From a virus, in the IMG/VR virus record IMGVR_UViG_3300029564_000057, positions 1 through 5,082 of that record: 5,082 nucleotides of DNA. One strand, 5' to 3'. Under the pieces are notes generated by a model that worked only from the letters and a program-made list of their open reading frames with translations, did no database searches and had not been told where the DNA came from. How positions within the stretch are numbered: the stretch's first letter is position 1; every line of letters begins with the position of its first letter. This document shows positions 3,595 through 5,082 of the stretch, one piece after another. Made by a program: the position numbers and the translations under genes.

Positions 3595-5082
3595 CTAGAA
3601 GTGATCGACAAGGCCGGGCGTACCGAACATAGGCATAGGACGTACAGTAGTGTAACGGAAGCCTACATCGAGCAGGAATTCAGGCTCATCTTGAACAGCG
3701 ATAATGCGCTTAATGGGTGGGTTCTCCGTGATGAATTCCTCATTGAGAGTAGGAGCATTACTGAAGAACTGGGATAAGTGCCAGACGTCCAGATTACCGC
3801 CAGTTACAGAGCTACGGAATTTACCGGTAATCTGCGAAGGTTTATACCGATATTCGGCATAGCGTTCCTGGTACCCGAAAACAGTAGTATCAGCTTCAAT
3901 ACCCTGAGCATAAATCTCACGAAGTTCAATAGCCTGTTCACCAAGATGGGCGAATGTCGGCCAATAGAAATCGTAAACCGTAGAACGAAGCCACATCTTA
4001 TTGATGCCTTGTTGGTAAGTGAGGTCGGCACGTGCACAAACGAAGCCTATAATATAGCCATGTTCGACGAAAGATTTCGTGAATCCATGGAATCTAGACG
4101 CAGTAACGCCGTAAGCTGAAAGATTGCCTTGCGGAGAAGTATCGTCGGTCGCGGAAGTCTGAGCTATTGGATTGACGTTAACCATCTTCGTGAAACTACC
4201 GAGGAACTCAGGACGCTGAAGACGAGCGTCCGGAGAAACTACACCGAAGAAAGAGCGAAGCACTTCAGTGTACCGACTACCACCGCGAGCGAGACGTTCG
4301 TAGAACTTCTGCATTTGAAAAGCAGTGCGCAAGCTGTTAATGGTGAAGATACTAGAAGAATCTAGGTCAGCATAAGCAGATTTAGAAAGCCATGAAGAAC
4401 CAGTAATAGCGTTAGCAGTAGTCATTCCTGACCCAGAAGCAGCATGACCAACTATAGCCGTAGAATAGCCACCGGATTGATATGAAATAGAACCATTTCC
4501 GTTATAAACATCATGCACACCACCATCTTTCTGGAGCTGAGCAGCACCTAAGCTATTATTAGACTGCTGGACGAAATAGCCTGAAACAGGCGAAGGATCG
4601 ACCAATGTAGCGGTGCCGGCAAGGCCTATAGATACACCGGGTCCTTTCTGCGTCCAAGGAAGAGCGGAAGTAAAGTAATCATGGCGCTTACCGCGAGGTG
4701 GACAAGCTAAGCCGAGAACAATATTGGTATCTGACGTGTAAACCCAAGAAGGCTGATCAGAAGCGCGAGAAGAATCCAATACTTCATTGGTATCGCCTTT
4801 CTGGATCTTCACGGACTTCTGGAGGTTCTCATCCCTGAACCATTCATTCCATATGAGGTAGACAGCACGGAATGGAAGAGCATTAATACCGGACAAGTTG
4901 CCAACCGTATTTACGGGCAAGCCGAAATAGTCCCATAGTGAACCTACATAGCCATTTTCATAATTAGCAGTAGCAGTAACAGTAGGGATGACATAATCAG
5001 TACTATCATCAGGGTCTTCTTGCTCGAAGCAGAAGTTCTGCCAATGTTCCCATACTAGGCGGTTTGGGACGAAAAAGAAAAA
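3595..5082 (-). CDS. VP1: Major capsid protein VP1, remainder (open to the window end; 4984..5082 duplicates 1..99)
   Basis: The 441-aa ORF in the track begins at an internal TTG. The frame stays open upstream (..DYVIPTVTATANYENGYVGSLWDYFG-LPVNTV..). Joining through the repeat gives 3595..(336+4983), which is 1,725 nt or 575 codons in frame. Conserved microvirus jelly-roll motifs are present: ALPFRAY, TINSLRTAFQMQKFYERLARGGSRY and FGYQERYAEYRY. The stop is TAG at 3595..3597. Confidence 0.93.
   Translation of the reverse strand, partial: FFFFVPNRLVWEHWQNFCFEQEDPDDSTDYVIPTVTATANYENGYVGSLWDYFGLPVNTVGNLSGINALPFRAVYLIWNEWFRDENLQKSVKIQKGDTNEVLDSSRASDQPSWVYTSDTNIVLGLACPPRGKRHDYFTSALPWTQKGPGVSIGLAGTATLVDPSPVSGYFVQQSNNSLGAAQLQKDGGVHDVYNGNGSISYQSGGYSTAIVGHAASGSGMTTANAITGSSWLSKSAYADLDSSSIFTINSLRTAFQMQKFYERLARGGSRYTEVLRSFFGVVSPDARLQRPEFLGSFTKMVNVNPIAQTSATDDTSPQGNLSAYGVTASRFHGFTKSFVEHGYIIGFVCARADLTYQQGINKMWLRSTVYDFYWPTFAHLGEQAIELREIYAQGIEADTTVFGYQERYAEYRYKPSQITGKFRSSVTGGNLDVWHLSQFFSNAPTLNEEFITENPPIKRIIAVQDEPEFLLDVGFRYTTVRPMPMFGTPGLVDHF
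4984..5082. repeat. Terminal direct repeat copy 2 (circular-contig overlap)
   Basis: Identical to 1..99. A 99-nt length is what a k=99 de Bruijn assembler leaves on a circular contig (inference). Confidence 0.97.

Larger units (their letters stand above)
1..4983 (-). other. One complete circular Microviridae (Gokushovirinae-like) genome unit, coding strand = window minus strand
   Basis: The VP1/VP2/VP3/VP4/VP5 gene set is all on one strand. Packing is compact, with overlapping or abutting stops and starts. A 99-nt terminal redundancy closes the circle, and the VP1 frame is continuous across the junction. Confidence 0.9.

Noticed and set aside
1-5082. Search for tRNA, CRISPR repeats, integrase/recombinase, toxin-antitoxin or defence-type genes
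   Set aside because: No spaced direct repeats or cloverleaf-like segments were noticed. Every sizeable coding-strand ORF is accounted for by canonical microvirus functions or small orphans, and a genome of this size leaves no room for such modules.

Overview
The window is one complete circular ssDNA phage genome of the Microviridae, Gokushovirinae type. It is given as the reverse complement of the coding (viral) strand. Bases 1..99 are identical to 4984..5082, so the true unit is 4,983 nt plus a 99-nt assembly overlap. All credible genes lie on the minus strand and are tightly packed. In transcription order they are: major capsid VP1 (wraps the window ends, about 574 aa, probable TTG start), pilot protein VP2, a 79-aa protein with an N-terminal transmembrane segment, a 36-aa arginine-rich J/VP8-like DNA-packaging protein that is absent from the ORF track, HUH replication initiator VP4, an 80-aa orphan ORF, VP5 and internal scaffolding protein VP3. 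By eye I also find three near-consensus sigma70-type promoters, each with a 17-nt spacer and a TGn extended -10. There is one intrinsic terminator immediately downstream of one of those promoters. Two strong hairpins occupy the only sizeable non-coding region, between VP3 and VP1. I see no tRNA, CRISPR array, integrase or convincing XerCD/dif site. The backbone is a conventional gokushovirus, not a new multi-gene system. The least-described parts are the small membrane protein (a lysis candidate), the orphan ORF80 and the regulatory and origin-like architecture. All homology statements rest on recalled family motifs, not on database searches.
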